In this document: piece after piece, positions 1-12,089 of the stretch | How positions within the stretch are numbered: position 1 is the stretch's first letter | Layout of the letters: each line of letters opens with the position of its first letter | Source: a virus | Taxonomy: Duplodnaviria; Caudoviricetes | DNA: 64,000 bases | Direction: 5' to 3' (one strand) | IMG/VR virus record: IMGVR_UViG_3300030708_003106 | Coordinates: 27,618 to 91,617 of that record | Translations under genes and position numbers: made by a program | The notes under the pieces: generated by a model | What the model was told of the DNA's origin: nothing | Seen by the model: only the letters and a program-made list of their open reading frames with translations | Database searches by the model: none

Positions 1-2
1 AA

Positions 3-68
3 TTGAAAATTTCAGCAAGTGCTAATTTTAGCGTGGATGTCATATTAAGCGTTCTCGAACAAACTTGA
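3..68 (+). CDS. 3' end of a small putative virion protein (partial, ...LKISASANFSVDVILSVLEQT*)
   Basis: Open frame from the window edge to TGA at 66-68, followed by GAGG and the ATG at 80. Confidence 0.6.
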   Translation: MKISASANFSVDVILSVLEQT

Positions 69-79
69 GGTAGACATCG

Positions 80-3000
80 ATGTCAGATATGCATATCGGA
101 AAGCAACCAATACGAGCTAATAGTAAATTTTACGACCGAAGTGGTAATGTTGGAGCTGCTTCTTCAATTTTAGTTGCTGCTCAAAATGGAGAGGTGGAAT
201 GGATTCACCCATATGACGCAGGACTACAAGGTCTCCAAGGTACTCAAGGTGTTCAGGGTATTCTAGGAACAGAAGGAAAACATCCTGGAGTTGAGCTTGA
301 ATTTGATAGTTCAACTAGTACTAGTAATATGAGTAATGGACTGATGAGGTTCAATACCTCTAATCAGTATCAGGCATCGCAAATTATCATCAGCAACCAG
401 GATTACCATGGAAATGGAATCTCCGCTTGGGTTAATACTTTTGATGACACCACTAACCCTGGTGATAAAGGGACGTTATGGATATATGGAAGTGATGATG
501 ACCAAACTTGGGATACGAATGAATTTATTATTGCTACAGTAACTGATATTACTAGTTACTTTGGTTATAAAGTAATAGATATTACAATTAGACAGACAAA
601 CTATGGTTTTAGTGATGGTGATCGTGTATTTTTACAATTCTATGCTATAGGAGATCAAGGTACTCAAGGTATTCAGGGCGTTCAAGGTACTCAAGGCGTT
701 CAAGGCGTTCAAGGTGTTCAGGGCACTCAAGGTATTCAAGGTGTTCAGGGCACTCAAGGTATTCAAGGTATTACTGGAACAGAAGGACAACACGCAGGAA
801 TTCCATATGAATTTAGTACTAGCACATCTAATGCTGATCCTGGCAATGGAAAATTTAGATATAATTCCCAATATACTTGGCAAACAACTCGAATTTATAT
901 CGACGATCGGGCAGCGGGTGGTGGTGCTGATCTTCAACCTTGGTTGAGAACTTTTGATGATTCCACTGACCCCAATAGTAAGGGTCATTTAGTAATTTAT
1001 GGTAGTGATGATGATCAAACTTGGGATTCATATGAACTTCATATTTGGAATATTACTTCTGTAACAGAACATACTGGTTATTTTGAACTAGCCGTTACTT
1101 CTGTTGATACAAATTATTCATTTAGTAATGGTGATATTTGTTTCTTACAATTCTATAGAACTGGTGATAGAGGTCTTCAAGGTGATGCTGCTAGTGTCCA
1201 GGGTATTCAAGGTATAAAAGGAAACCAAGGTGTTTTTGGTATTCAGGGTGATGCTTCTACCGTTCAAGGTCTTCAGGGCACTCAAGGTAGAACAGGAAAC
1301 CAGGGTAGAACAGGTATTCAAGGTGATGCATCATCTGTCCAAGGTCTTCAAGGTACTCAAGGCATAAAAGGAAACCAAGGAAACTTAGGTATTCAAGGTG
1401 ACGCAGCATCTGTTCAGGGTCTCCAAGGTATTCAAGGCACAAAAGGAAACCAGGGTATTTTAGGCGTCCAAGGTGATGCTGCTGAGGTTCAGGGTCTTCA
1501 AGGTATTCAAGGACAATTAGGAAACCAGGGTATTTTAGGAATCCAAGGTGATGCTGCTAGTGTCCAGGGTATTCAAGGTACTCAAGGTGTTATTGGATTC
1601 TCCGGAACAAATAACATAATTTGGGAGAGAAGTGCTAATAACATTACTACCAACAGCAGTAGTTGGAAAAGATTTAAATCTGATGGAACGAATAATGCTA
1701 GTTACTATGATTTCTCTGGTAATGCCTGGTGGTATTTTGGTGGAACTACTAATGTCACCGATTACTTAGATGATTTGCGGTCACAAATAAATGGTGGCAG
1801 TAAAATGTATATGACCGTCAACAAGTTTGACTGGTCTCAGTACATGGTATATGAAGTTACTGCAATTACATTAAGTGCAGGTACTGCTAGTAGTGGATCT
1901 TCTGTTTGGAGATTTAGTGTTTCTCATATATCAACACATAACATAACTGGAACAGGAAGTTTCTCATTCACTAACTATGATGAATATCATTTCAACTTCC
2001 AAGTAACTGGTGCTCAAGGTGCTCAGGGTGTTGACGGACAATATGCAGGTATAGGTCTTCAAGGTCTCCAGGGTATTCAAGGTAGAACAGGAAACCAGGG
2101 TAGAACAGGTGTTCAAGGTGATGCTGCTACTGTTCAGGGTCTCCAGGGTATTCAAGGAAGATTAGGAAACCAGGGAATATTAGGTATTCAGGGTGATGCC
2201 TCTAGTGTCCAAGGTCTTCAGGGTGTTCAAGGTAGAACAGGAAACCAAGGAAACTTGGGTGTTCAAGGTGATGCAGCATCTGTTCAAGGTTTAACAGGTG
2301 TTCAAGGTAGAAGAGGATTCCAAGGACACTTAGGTGTTCAAGGTGATGCTGCTAGTGTTCAGGGTCTCCAAGGCACTCAAGGTGGAGGAGGAAACCAGGG
2401 TACAACTGGTACTGGACTTCAGGGTGACGCAGCATCTGTTCAAGGTCTTCAGGGCATTCAAGGTAGAAAAGGAAACCAAGGAAACTACGGCGTTCAAGGT
2501 GATGCTGCTACTGTCCAAGGTCTACAGGGTGTTCAAGGCAGAACAGGAAGCCAGGGAATATTAGGTGTTCAAGGTGATGCAGCATCCGTTCAGGGTCTTC
2601 AGGGTGGTCAAGGTGTAACCGGCGATCAATTTACAGCACAAACTTATACAATTAGTGTTCCAGGAGGATCTGGTGGTGGATATTATATTAATGGCGTATC
2701 GAGAGATGATCTTTTCCTAATAAGAGGTCAAAGATATGTCTTTGATCAATCATCTTCTACAAATAATAACCACCCAATAAGACTTTCTACTACAAGTAAC
2801 GGAACTCATGCTGGTGGAACTCAATATACTTCTGGATGGACATATACTGGAACAGCAGGTTCAAATGGAGAAGCAGTATTCGTAGTTCCTTTCGATGCAC
2901 CAAATACATTATATTATTATTGCGCCAACCACTCTGGAATGGCTGGTAGTGCTAGTATTTCAATCAGAAATTTAAATGCTGAAGATCTTCAAGGTATAAA

Positions 3001-4102
3001 AGGTAATCAAGGAGATGACGGTGTTCAGGGTGATGCAGCATCTGTTCAAGGTCTTCAAGGAAATATAGGAGCAGGTTCACAAGGTGCTGCTGGACCCCAA
3101 GGCAATGCTGCTAATGTTCAAGGTATTCAGGGTCCACAAGGTGTTCAAGGAAATAATGGACTTCAGGGCATTTATGGCGTTCAAGGTAGAACTGGTGCAG
3201 GTAATCAGGGTGCTGACGGATCTCAAGGTATAACTGGTGCTGGATTACAAGGTGATGCTGCTAGTGTCCAAGGTCTTCAGGGTACTCAGGGAGATTTTGG
3301 TGTCCAAGGTCAAGTTGGACTGCCAGTTAAGAGTGGAGTATATAACATAGTAGTACACAGTAGTCAGAGTTCTTACGGTACACCATCAAGTTTACCGAGT
3401 GGTAGTTTTGCATTTAATGGTTTCAGAGCATCTTCTACATCACAAGTGTTTGTTTCAGTATTTGATGCTCAGGGTAGAAACTTTGTTCCTTGGTCAACAT
3501 CCAATTTCCCTGCTGATTTAGAACTTCAATTCAAGTCTGGAAGTTACTGGACATATTTTAGATTTAAAGCAACCTCTAGAGGTAGTATCACTCATGGTAG
3601 TGGTGGTAATCCATCATTCTATGCAGTCAACGTAAGTTCAGCCACTTATTCAAACACTAATACCCAAATGCATCAGTGGTATTATGCAGTTAATGGTAAT
3701 GGTTCTATTGGTGGCAGTGACCCAGGAACAGGAACTGCTAATGGGTGGTTGATGACTTTTGGACCAGCTCCAGGTCTCCAGGGTGTTCAAGGTGGTGAAG
3801 GTCCTCAAGGTGGCACTGGTCTTCAAGGTCTTGATGGTTTTGGATTACAAGGTTCTCTTGGTATTCAAGGTATTCAAGGTACTGATGGAACAGGATTGCA
3901 GGGTATTCAAGGTGCAGATGCATCTGCAATTGCTGCACAAGGAGCTCCTGGACCTCAAGGTTTGACTGGTGCTGGTTCTCAAGGTGCAATAGGTACTCAA
4001 GGAGATGCAGCATCCGTTCAAGGTATTCAAGGTCCATCAGGATCTGTTGGAGGAGATACAGTTTCAACTCCTCTCGCTATTGCTCTTGCTGCCGCGTTGT
4101 AA
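80..4102 (+). CDS. Collagen-like (Gly-X-Gln) fibre/structural protein with a duplicated globular domain and a cupredoxin-like module
   Basis: 1340 aa; long GxQ tracts with recurring GDAASVQ interruptions; duplicated domain containing [10 protein letters not shown]; HPIRL...YYCANHSGM; hydrophobic C-terminus LAIALAAAL. Confidence 0.85.
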   Translation: MSDMHIGKQPIRANSKFYDRSGNVGAASSILVAAQNGEVEWIHPYDAGLQGLQGTQGVQGILGTEGKHPGVELEFDSSTSTSNMSNGLMRFNTSNQYQASQIIISNQDYHGNGISAWVNTFDDTTNPGDKGTLWIYGSDDDQTWDTNEFIIATVTDITSYFGYKVIDITIRQTNYGFSDGDRVFLQFYAIGDQGTQGIQGVQGTQGVQGVQGVQGTQGIQGVQGTQGIQGITGTEGQHAGIPYEFSTSTSNADPGNGKFRYNSQYTWQTTRIYIDDRAAGGGADLQPWLRTFDDSTDPNSKGHLVIYGSDDDQTWDSYELHIWNITSVTEHTGYFELAVTSVDTNYSFSNGDICFLQFYRTGDRGLQGDAASVQGIQGIKGNQGVFGIQGDASTVQGLQGTQGRTGNQGRTGIQGDASSVQGLQGTQGIKGNQGNLGIQGDAASVQGLQGIQGTKGNQGILGVQGDAAEVQGLQGIQGQLGNQGILGIQGDAASVQGIQGTQGVIGFSGTNNIIWERSANNITTNSSSWKRFKSDGTNNASYYDFSGNAWWYFGGTTNVTDYLDDLRSQINGGSKMYMTVNKFDWSQYMVYEVTAITLSAGTASSGSSVWRFSVSHISTHNITGTGSFSFTNYDEYHFNFQVTGAQGAQGVDGQYAGIGLQGLQGIQGRTGNQGRTGVQGDAATVQGLQGIQGRLGNQGILGIQGDASSVQGLQGVQGRTGNQGNLGVQGDAASVQGLTGVQGRRGFQGHLGVQGDAASVQGLQGTQGGGGNQGTTGTGLQGDAASVQGLQGIQGRKGNQGNYGVQGDAATVQGLQGVQGRTGSQGILGVQGDAASVQGLQGGQGVTGDQFTAQTYTISVPGGSGGGYYINGVSRDDLFLIRGQRYVFDQSSSTNNNHPIRLSTTSNGTHAGGTQYTSGWTYTGTAGSNGEAVFVVPFDAPNTLYYYCANHSGMAGSASISIRNLNAEDLQGIKGNQGDDGVQGDAASVQGLQGNIGAGSQGAAGPQGNAANVQGIQGPQGVQGNNGLQGIYGVQGRTGAGNQGADGSQGITGAGLQGDAASVQGLQGTQGDFGVQGQVGLPVKSGVYNIVVHSSQSSYGTPSSLPSGSFAFNGFRASSTSQVFVSVFDAQGRNFVPWSTSNFPADLELQFKSGSYWTYFRFKATSRGSITHGSGGNPSFYAVNVSSATYSNTNTQMHQWYYAVNGNGSIGGSDPGTGTANGWLMTFGPAPGLQGVQGGEGPQGGTGLQGLDGFGLQGSLGIQGIQGTDGTGLQGIQGADASAIAAQGAPGPQGLTGAGSQGAIGTQGDAASVQGIQGPSGSVGGDTVSTPLAIALAAAL
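1180..2610 (+). repeat. Degenerate ~75-nt coding tandem repeats (GDAASVQ-(GxQ/GxT)n), two blocks
   Basis: GGTGATGCWGCW...GTYCARGGT recurs with ~75-nt period at ~1180-1590 and ~2110-2610. Confidence 0.85.
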
Positions 4103-4106
4103 TCCG

Positions 4107-4113
4107 ATAAATA
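4107..4113 (+). promoter_or_regulatory. T4-type late promoter (ATAAATA)
   Basis: Near match to the gp55 TATAAATA consensus, in the intergenic gap before a structural gene. Confidence 0.65.
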
Positions 4114-4143
4114 AAAATAATCAAAAAGACTGTGTTCTGATAA

Positions 4144-7100
4144 ATGGCAAAGAAATTAATCTATAATTATGCATTTGACGCTTCTGCACAGACAATCACC
4201 TTAACTGGTTTATATACTCTCAGAACGTTAATTCTGATTACCAATGTCACTGATGGTGCCATTATCTATAATTTTGCCGATGCCAATACTGGAGGCACTA
4301 CATCATATGATGCTGATAATAATGAAACTACAATTACATTAGAATACAACACTACCTCAATGAGTGATAGTGATGAAATTCAAATTTTAGTTGATGAACA
4401 AGAAAATAAAATTGATCCTGGAGAATCTATATTAGACCCAGTTCACAAAATGAGGGTTTCAAATCCTCAAAACTTGATTGATACAGATTTTGAATATGGT
4501 CTACAACCAACTAAATGGGAAACAATTGAATTAGTAGATAATATTCCTTCTGTATATACTAGAGATTCTGGTGTATCTATTGGACAAATTAATAGAGTTA
4601 CAACCATTGCAAATTCTAATTATATAACAGTATTTACTGGAGTTGCTCATGATTTGGCAGTTGGTGATCCAATTGAGGTACAAGGCACAACTTCAAGAAC
4701 TGCAAATGGTAAATATGTTGTAACAACAGTTGCATCAGATACTTCATTTATATACAAGGCACGATCTGTTCAATCATCTTCCTCTGATATTAGAACAGCG
4801 TATACAACAGTTATTCCTGGTTCTTTCTTTACAGGTTCGGATATTGTTTTTAACTTATATGATGGGATAAAAACTGATGGTGGAAGTCCATCTACTCTAA
4901 CTATATCTGCAGACTATAAACATGGTCTCATTAATGGAACTAGTGTTTATCTTAGCAATACTGTAGGTAAGAAAGAGTTTACACTTAATAATACATCTTC
5001 AAATGCTGCTGATGGATCTCCCACGATTGATCCAACAGATGAAAGTTTATACATAGACAATCATAATTTATATACGGGACAAAAAGTATTTGTAACTGCA
5101 CAAACAGGAGGCATATTACCTACCGCAGCTACAGGTGCTCCACCACCAGCTGGCGAAGAAGCATTGAATAATGTTTGGACTCATGCAAGTAATGCTATTC
5201 AAACTATTAAAGATCAGATCAACGCTGATGGCAATGATGCTTATCTTGCTATGGAAAATAATGTTTCAACTTCATTATACTATGCTCGGGGTAATTATAC
5301 AACAGTAACTGCTAATGGATTAGCAAACAAATATCAGCGAATGATCTATGGGCATTATGGCAACTTTAGATCACCTAATTATCTTAGTATATCTAACCAG
5401 AATAGCACTCAAGTTATAGCAAATTATAATTTCACTCAACATCAATTTACTCCTTCGCAACTTTATACAGGTCAAGTTGTTGATTATGGGGCGTTGGGTG
5501 CAAAAACGGGAGGATCTGATCCAATTAGTGGATCTTTTGATGGAGTATTTCTTGCCAAGTTTAGTGCATTTGAATACTTAGGAAGTTTACCTTATGCTTT
5601 AACAATATACCAAATTCCAGAACCTAATTTATGGGCTAATGGAGCTAGAATAATTTGGAGAGAAACTGATTATTATAGTATGTATGGAGGAACTTCCAAT
5701 TATCGCTCACTTGATACGCGTGAACAACAATCAACAAAACAAATTTTATCAAATGGATGGCAATACTCATATTACTGTGCGGAATACAATGCAAGATATG
5801 GATTACCTGGTTATATTGGAATGACCATCCACTTAGAAAATACTAATTGGTCAGGATATTTTTCAAATAATGTGAATTGGAGATGGAACTATCAAAATAG
5901 TATGGTCCCTCTGACAGCACAGTTATATAACCAACATGGTGGATCATACCTTATAAAAACTTTAATTCCTTATCATGATGGAAGTACTTCTTATAGCACT
6001 AGTTACTTTGCAGCTAGTAATGCTTCGTATTTAACATACGCCCAAATAGCAAATAATATTGCATCTGAAATTGCTAACAATATTGCTTTTGGTCAATGGC
6101 AAAATACCGGCACTGGAAATCAAAATACAGCCTTTGTTACAAATAAAGGTACTAATAGAATTACATTAAGTGATGCTAATAATAATGCCTTTAATTTTTC
6201 GACTAATGGACAAGGACCCATTTTAGTAGAGACAGAACAAGTTGCTGGAGTTCATGATGATTATTATGCATTAACGGGAGCTGCAGCAACCTCATTTACT
6301 CTACAGGGGTCTGGAACAATACCAGCTAGAGAACTTGAATTTACCAATAGTGATGTAATTGAAGATGGTGGCGAATATTACATAAAAATTAGTGGTCATG
6401 GTTTAGGTGATGGATCTATCGTTACATATAGTGTAGTCACTGGATCTGCTCCTGGAGGTCTTACTGGAGGAAATCAATATTATGCAATTGTTATTGATTC
6501 AGATTATATACAATTAGCAGCAACTCAAAGTGAATGGTCAGGAAACATAAATGCTATAACTGGAACTCAGGGAGTATCTTCAACATATAAATTATTTGTA
6601 TTCTCTGTCAGCGGAAGAGTTGCATCTACAGGAACTATTGCAATAGCATCAAGTGATAGTAAAGTTGTAGAGGGAACTTCTACTAAATTCTCATCGACTT
6701 ATAAAATTGGAGATAGGTTTAATATAGTTTCCTTTGGTTCAACTGTAAACCAATTTGTCAGTAGAGAGATTACATCAATTGTTAGTGATACGTCTTTGGC
6801 TTTAGATGGTGGGGTTGGATTTGTTACAACTGGAGCATCTCATTATGTTGACACTAAAGTCAATGTTAGAGCAGATGGAACATTCCTTCATAGACCATTT
6901 GATGGTGGAGTTGACATTACTGCTGGAAGTTCGCCAGATTCTCAAATTGTTAGACAAACTAGAAAATACTTTAGATATCAGTCAGGTAAAGGTATTCAAT
7001 GCTCGATGGCAATTAACTTTAATCCATCAAGGCAAGTTCTTTCTATAACAGGAAGCGGAACAAATGCAACCGTAACAACAGAATATCCTCATGGATTAAC

Positions 7101-9102
7101 CACTGGAGATACTGTTAGTATTACTGGAACAGAAGAGCATATATCACTTACGCCTACTAATGCTGCATATGATTCAGCAACTGGACTTTTAACCATTACC
7201 GTCAATGGTCATGGAATTTTAAAAGGTGAATTTATAACTCTTGAAGAAGATTCAATTACATTTACATGCGCTAAAGATGGACATGCAACAAACCATCCAT
7301 ATCCACGTTCTACTGATCCAGCTGGTGGTAGAGAGCGTCTTAAAGTCTTATCAGTGACAACAAATACATTTGTTGTTGATGTTGGCACCTCAACATATGT
7401 TGGAGCACATACTTTTGTTAGTGCTGATGCAAATGCAGTCACTCATATTGACACCAGTAATGCATATAATGGAACCTTTGAAGTCACATCTGCTACAGAT
7501 TTCACATTTGGTTATACTACTGACGGAAGTGTGGTCCAAAATAATCCAAAAGGATTTGTTGATTATGTTATTTCTGGATATAAGAATGCAGGTATTCGTG
7601 CTGGATTATTTGATTTCCAAAATGGATTCTTCTTTGAATATGACGGAAAATATCTGTATTGCGTAAGAAGATCTTCAGTTCAACAAATTCCAGGCACAGT
7701 TCAAGTTATCAATAGGAGTAATATTATTAATGGCACTGATACCAAATTTACTGATAATTTAATAGCTGGAGATCGAATTGTAATACGTGGTCAAACTTAT
7801 AAAATTACTAGTGTAGAATCAGATACTTCTATACACGTACAACCAGCATATAGGGGAACATCAAATAGAGGAGTTGTTGTTACAAAAACAATAGATACGA
7901 GAGTTCCACAGCATAGGTGGAACATCGATAAATCTGATGGCAGTGGTCCTTCTGGATATATTTTAGATATTAATAAGATTCAGATGGCATACATGGATTA
8001 TTCTTGGTATGGTGCTGGAAAGATTCGTTTTGGATTTAAAGATACTTATGGTCATGTTAAGTATGTTCATGAGTTTATTCATAATAACAAACTTAATGAG
8101 GCGTATATGAGATCTGGAAACGTTCCAGCTAGGTATGAAGTATACAATGAAGATGCTTCCCCTACATATGTGCCATCATTGTTCCACTGGGGTACATCTG
8201 TAATTATGGATGGTGGTTTTGATGATGACGATAGTTACTTGTTTACGGCATCAGGTAATACACTCACATTTACTAATGGTGACGCATCTACTGCCGTAAC
8301 TTCTGGAGGATCAACTCTGGTTTCAAGTGGATGGGGTAGATATAGAACTTACTATGTCAAAATACCATTTGCAACTAGTGATAGTTCAAAGTTCCAAACA
8401 GGTATTCCACTGTTTACTGCCGATAGTGTATTGAATGGACAACCAGTTGATTTTACATCATATAGTAGCACCAGTTTCGATGTCCATATCCTTATTTCTA
8501 GTGGATATAGTGCTCCAGTAGCATATCCGTCAATTTCTGGAGGAACAACTGTGAGCATTGGTGCTCAAGTGGTCGGCACTACCGGAATTGATCTTAATTC
8601 TAATATTCCATTGATTAGTGTTAGACTTGCTCCATCAGCTGATAATAATATCATTGGCGATCTTGGCGAAAGAGATATTGTCAATCGAATGCAATTAAAA
8701 ATGAGAGAACTTGGTATTTCTGTTTCTCATGATGCTAACATTAGTGTCATTTTGAACGGTTCTTTAAGTAATCTCACTTATGCAAATGTTGGATCGCCAT
8801 CACTTTCTCAGTATGTTGCACATGAAGCGGGCGATACAGTAGATGGAGGAACAGTCGTCTATCAGTTTAGAGCATCTGGTGGTTCTGAAGACGCCGAAGG
8901 AAAACGATTTGTTTCTTCGACGCAATTTGATTTATCTGGATTAGTTGATTTGGGTAATTCTATTCTTGGTGGAGATGGAGTATTCCCCAATGGTCCTGAT
9001 ATTATTACAATCGCAGCATCGGTTATTAACACCGCTGAAATTGACTCTACTTCTTCATTCCAGGTTGCATCTAGAATTTCTTGGGCAGAATCTCAGGCAT
9101 AA
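4144..9102 (+). CDS. Large virion structural protein (cyanophage-type)
   Basis: 1652 aa, Thr/Ser/Gly-rich beta modules, VRQTRKYFRYQSGK, DYSWYGAGKIRFG, YPRSTDP module; late promoter upstream. Confidence 0.75.
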   Translation: MAKKLIYNYAFDASAQTITLTGLYTLRTLILITNVTDGAIIYNFADANTGGTTSYDADNNETTITLEYNTTSMSDSDEIQILVDEQENKIDPGESILDPVHKMRVSNPQNLIDTDFEYGLQPTKWETIELVDNIPSVYTRDSGVSIGQINRVTTIANSNYITVFTGVAHDLAVGDPIEVQGTTSRTANGKYVVTTVASDTSFIYKARSVQSSSSDIRTAYTTVIPGSFFTGSDIVFNLYDGIKTDGGSPSTLTISADYKHGLINGTSVYLSNTVGKKEFTLNNTSSNAADGSPTIDPTDESLYIDNHNLYTGQKVFVTAQTGGILPTAATGAPPPAGEEALNNVWTHASNAIQTIKDQINADGNDAYLAMENNVSTSLYYARGNYTTVTANGLANKYQRMIYGHYGNFRSPNYLSISNQNSTQVIANYNFTQHQFTPSQLYTGQVVDYGALGAKTGGSDPISGSFDGVFLAKFSAFEYLGSLPYALTIYQIPEPNLWANGARIIWRETDYYSMYGGTSNYRSLDTREQQSTKQILSNGWQYSYYCAEYNARYGLPGYIGMTIHLENTNWSGYFSNNVNWRWNYQNSMVPLTAQLYNQHGGSYLIKTLIPYHDGSTSYSTSYFAASNASYLTYAQIANNIASEIANNIAFGQWQNTGTGNQNTAFVTNKGTNRITLSDANNNAFNFSTNGQGPILVETEQVAGVHDDYYALTGAAATSFTLQGSGTIPARELEFTNSDVIEDGGEYYIKISGHGLGDGSIVTYSVVTGSAPGGLTGGNQYYAIVIDSDYIQLAATQSEWSGNINAITGTQGVSSTYKLFVFSVSGRVASTGTIAIASSDSKVVEGTSTKFSSTYKIGDRFNIVSFGSTVNQFVSREITSIVSDTSLALDGGVGFVTTGASHYVDTKVNVRADGTFLHRPFDGGVDITAGSSPDSQIVRQTRKYFRYQSGKGIQCSMAINFNPSRQVLSITGSGTNATVTTEYPHGLTTGDTVSITGTEEHISLTPTNAAYDSATGLLTITVNGHGILKGEFITLEEDSITFTCAKDGHATNHPYPRSTDPAGGRERLKVLSVTTNTFVVDVGTSTYVGAHTFVSADANAVTHIDTSNAYNGTFEVTSATDFTFGYTTDGSVVQNNPKGFVDYVISGYKNAGIRAGLFDFQNGFFFEYDGKYLYCVRRSSVQQIPGTVQVINRSNIINGTDTKFTDNLIAGDRIVIRGQTYKITSVESDTSIHVQPAYRGTSNRGVVVTKTIDTRVPQHRWNIDKSDGSGPSGYILDINKIQMAYMDYSWYGAGKIRFGFKDTYGHVKYVHEFIHNNKLNEAYMRSGNVPARYEVYNEDASPTYVPSLFHWGTSVIMDGGFDDDDSYLFTASGNTLTFTNGDASTAVTSGGSTLVSSGWGRYRTYYVKIPFATSDSSKFQTGIPLFTADSVLNGQPVDFTSYSSTSFDVHILISSGYSAPVAYPSISGGTTVSIGAQVVGTTGIDLNSNIPLISVRLAPSADNNIIGDLGERDIVNRMQLKMRELGISVSHDANISVILNGSLSNLTYANVGSPSLSQYVAHEAGDTVDGGTVVYQFRASGGSEDAEGKRFVSSTQFDLSGLVDLGNSILGGDGVFPNGPDIITIAASVINTAEIDSTSSFQVASRISWAESQA

Positions 9103-9105
9103 ATA
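9099..9105 (+). promoter_or_regulatory. T4-type late promoter (ATAAATA)
   Basis: Overlaps the upstream stop codon, precedes ORF 9138. Confidence 0.55.
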
Positions 9106-9137
9106 CAGTATAATGATTTGTTTGATTGATTTTTTTA

Positions 9138-10130
9138 ATGGAGAATTTTGTAAAACACTGTATTGATAATGGTGGGATCATTAAACCTCTTATTATTCCA
9201 GCAGAAATCACAAACGGAACGGGTTTATTTAATCCAAGTATTTTAAATGACAATGGCACACTACTAGTTAATGTGCGCCATTGTCAATATACTTTATATC
9301 ATTCAGAACTCAATAATTACGAACATCCTTGGGGTCCTCTGCTCTATCTAAACCCCGATGATGATAGAACTTTAAGAACTACAAATTATATTGGCATCTT
9401 AGATGACAATATGGTTTTAGATAATATACGAAGAGTTGATACTACCTCTCTTGACAAAGAACCTTTGTGGGAATTTGTTGGTCTTGAAGATGGTAGATTA
9501 GTAAAATGGGATGGAAAATATTACTTAACAGGTGTCAGAAGAGATGTTGATCATATTGGCACTGGAAGGATGGAATTATCAGAAATTGATATTCAAAGAG
9601 ATAAAGTAACTGAAGTAAAAAGATCTAGAATTCCAGCCCCTCCACCAGACAGAAGTTATTGCGAAAAAAACTGGATGCCAATTTTGGATAGACCTTTCCA
9701 GTATATAAAATGGAGCAATCCCGTTGAAGTTGTAGAAGCTAATATAAAAGAAGAAAACAATATACAATGTAAAACTTTATACCATGGAACTTTTGACAAT
9801 TCACCAAAAATCAAAGATATTAGAGGTGCTTCACAAGTAATTCCTTATAAAGATGGATATCTAGCAGTTCAACATTTAACTGTTTTGTATAGAAGTAAGA
9901 CTGATAGGAAAAATGGAACATATCGCCATCAATTAACTTATTGGGACAAAGACTGGAATGTAATTAAAAGATCTCCTATCTTTTCTTTCATGGGAGCAAA
10001 AATTGAATTTTGTTGTGGAATGTGTGAACATAAAGGATACTATTATATTACTTTTGGATATCAAGACAACGCTGCTTATGTTGTTAAAGTTCCAGAAAAA
10101 GTATTGGGAGATTTTATAAATGGAAAATAA
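9138..10130 (+). CDS. Glycosidase/phosphorylase-like 5-bladed beta-propeller protein (GH130/GH43-like)
   Basis: FNPSI, GLEDGRL, EKNWMP and IEFCCG motifs; ATG at 9138 preferred over TTG at 9126. Confidence 0.6.
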   Translation: MENFVKHCIDNGGIIKPLIIPAEITNGTGLFNPSILNDNGTLLVNVRHCQYTLYHSELNNYEHPWGPLLYLNPDDDRTLRTTNYIGILDDNMVLDNIRRVDTTSLDKEPLWEFVGLEDGRLVKWDGKYYLTGVRRDVDHIGTGRMELSEIDIQRDKVTEVKRSRIPAPPPDRSYCEKNWMPILDRPFQYIKWSNPVEVVEANIKEENNIQCKTLYHGTFDNSPKIKDIRGASQVIPYKDGYLAVQHLTVLYRSKTDRKNGTYRHQLTYWDKDWNVIKRSPIFSFMGAKIEFCCGMCEHKGYYYITFGYQDNAAYVVKVPEKVLGDFINGK

Positions 10131-12069
10131 ATTTTTACATGAATATCTTGCTGATCCAGAAAATCCAATCACTAATTACAATCTTGCGGTAAGATATTAT
10201 AAAATAGATCAAACAGCAGCTGCTGTGACATATTTTCTTAGATGTGCAGATAGAACCAGTGATCTAGATTTAGCATATGAATGTTTAATTCATATGGGAG
10301 ATTGCTTTGCTGCTCAAGGTGAGAGAGAAACTCATACAAAATTCATGTATGAACTTGCATTGTCAACTAAATCAGATAGACCAGAAGCATATCAAAGAAT
10401 ATGTGACATGGATATAAGTGCAAAAAACTTTTCATCTGCACATAACTATTGTAAATTTGCATTAAAAATTTGCAACTTTGATTCTCCAAATTTTAAATTT
10501 TATAAAACACCTCATAGAAGTCTAAAAACATACTTTGAGATTGAAGAAGCGCATAGTGCCTGGTGGACAGGAAAGCATCAAAAGGCAGCAAAATTATTCA
10601 ATACATTAAACCAAAAAGATTATTTGACGGAGGAAGAAAAAATGTTAGTAGAAACAAATATAAAAGAAATTCAAAAAACTACTGCTTGGCATGATCCATT
10701 ACCATATACAAAAGATCAGTGGGAAAAAATTAGATATAAATTTGCAGGATCACACCTTCTAGAAAAAAATTATGCACAGGTATATCAGGATTTATTCGTC
10801 CTTTGTATGCTTGATGGAAAAAGAAACGGTTGCTTTTTAGAAGTTGGTGGGGCAAGACCTTTCTTTGGAAATAACACTGCATTACTAGAACTCGAATATG
10901 ATTGGACAGGAGTATCTTTAGAACTAGAATCAAATTTTGCAGAGGAATATAGAGCACAAAGACATAAAACAACAATGTTTTGTGTAGATGCTACGCAAAC
11001 TGATTATAGTCAACTTCTTGGTACAATGTTTGCAGACAAAACTATTGATTATTTGCAATTGGATATTGATCCTCCAGATGCAACTTATGATGTTTTGATG
11101 AAAATACCATTTGATGAGTATAAATTTAGAGTTATTACATATGAGCACGACTATTATGCAGATCCAACAAAATCATATAGAGATAAGTCTAGAGAGTACT
11201 TAAGATCAAAGGGATATGTTTTAGTTGCAGACAATATTTCCCCTGATGAAAATTGTCCTTTTGAAGATTGGTGGGTTCATCCAGATTTGGTGGATAAAAA
11301 TATATTAGCATCTATGACTCTAGTAGATGGAGAAACAAAATATGCAGAAGATTATATGTTCCCAGGGGATCCATTATTTTCTCATTTAATGAATATGCAG
11401 CAAGCATCAAATGGGGAAGAAACTTTTGCTGAAATTATTGATGTGACCCCAGCAAAAACGGAGTTTGGATTCAATAAATCACAACAAAAAACTATGTGGA
11501 TTATTGATAATTTCTATGATGACCCAGACTCTGTTAGAGACTTTGCACTTAAGCAAAAATATTTTGAAGGTGGATGGGGTAGAGGATTTATCGGAAGAAG
11601 AAGTGCAGAGCAATTTCTATTTCCTGGATTGAAGGAAAAATTCGAACAAATTATGGGAGAAGAAATAACTGTATGGGAAGAACATGATATGAACGGAAGA
11701 TTTCAAAATGCAGTTGGTGGGGAACCACTTGCATATCATTGCGATTCTCAAAAATGGGGTGGAATGTTATATCTAACTCCAGACGCTCCATATCAATGTG
11801 GAACTACATTATATGCACATAAAAAAACTAGAGCTAGAAATTTCTTCCAACAAGGTTGGGGAGATGCATGGTCGGCAGATCCGGATGAAATATATTCTGG
11901 AGGAGTTCATTGCGACGGAACTCATTTTGAAAAAGTAGATGTTTGCGGAAATGTTTACAATCGTCTTTTCATTTTTGATGCCAGCAATATCCATTCTGCT
12001 TCAGAATACTTTGGATCAAATATGAATAATGGAAGATTGTGGCAAATGTTCTTTTTTGACACTAAATAA
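10120..12069 (+). CDS. TPR + FkbM-like SAM methyltransferase + 2OG-Fe(II) oxygenase-like fusion
   Basis: N-terminal TPR-like helices (RPEAY); FLEVGG...IDYLQLDID...ITYEHD; C-terminal HCD...NRLFIF...H...R. Confidence 0.7.
   Translation: MENKFLHEYLADPENPITNYNLAVRYYKIDQTAAAVTYFLRCADRTSDLDLAYECLIHMGDCFAAQGERETHTKFMYELALSTKSDRPEAYQRICDMDISAKNFSSAHNYCKFALKICNFDSPNFKFYKTPHRSLKTYFEIEEAHSAWWTGKHQKAAKLFNTLNQKDYLTEEEKMLVETNIKEIQKTTAWHDPLPYTKDQWEKIRYKFAGSHLLEKNYAQVYQDLFVLCMLDGKRNGCFLEVGGARPFFGNNTALLELEYDWTGVSLELESNFAEEYRAQRHKTTMFCVDATQTDYSQLLGTMFADKTIDYLQLDIDPPDATYDVLMKIPFDEYKFRVITYEHDYYADPTKSYRDKSREYLRSKGYVLVADNISPDENCPFEDWWVHPDLVDKNILASMTLVDGETKYAEDYMFPGDPLFSHLMNMQQASNGEETFAEIIDVTPAKTEFGFNKSQQKTMWIIDNFYDDPDSVRDFALKQKYFEGGWGRGFIGRRSAEQFLFPGLKEKFEQIMGEEITVWEEHDMNGRFQNAVGGEPLAYHCDSQKWGGMLYLTPDAPYQCGTTLYAHKKTRARNFFQQGWGDAWSADPDEIYSGGVHCDGTHFEKVDVCGNVYNRLFIFDASNIHSASEYFGSNMNNGRLWQMFFFDTK
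12062..12068 (+). promoter_or_regulatory. Late promoter-like CTAAATA
   Basis: TAAATA core just upstream of the radical SAM gene. Confidence 0.45.
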
Positions 12070-12089
12070 CCCCTAGACATGAGAGTATT

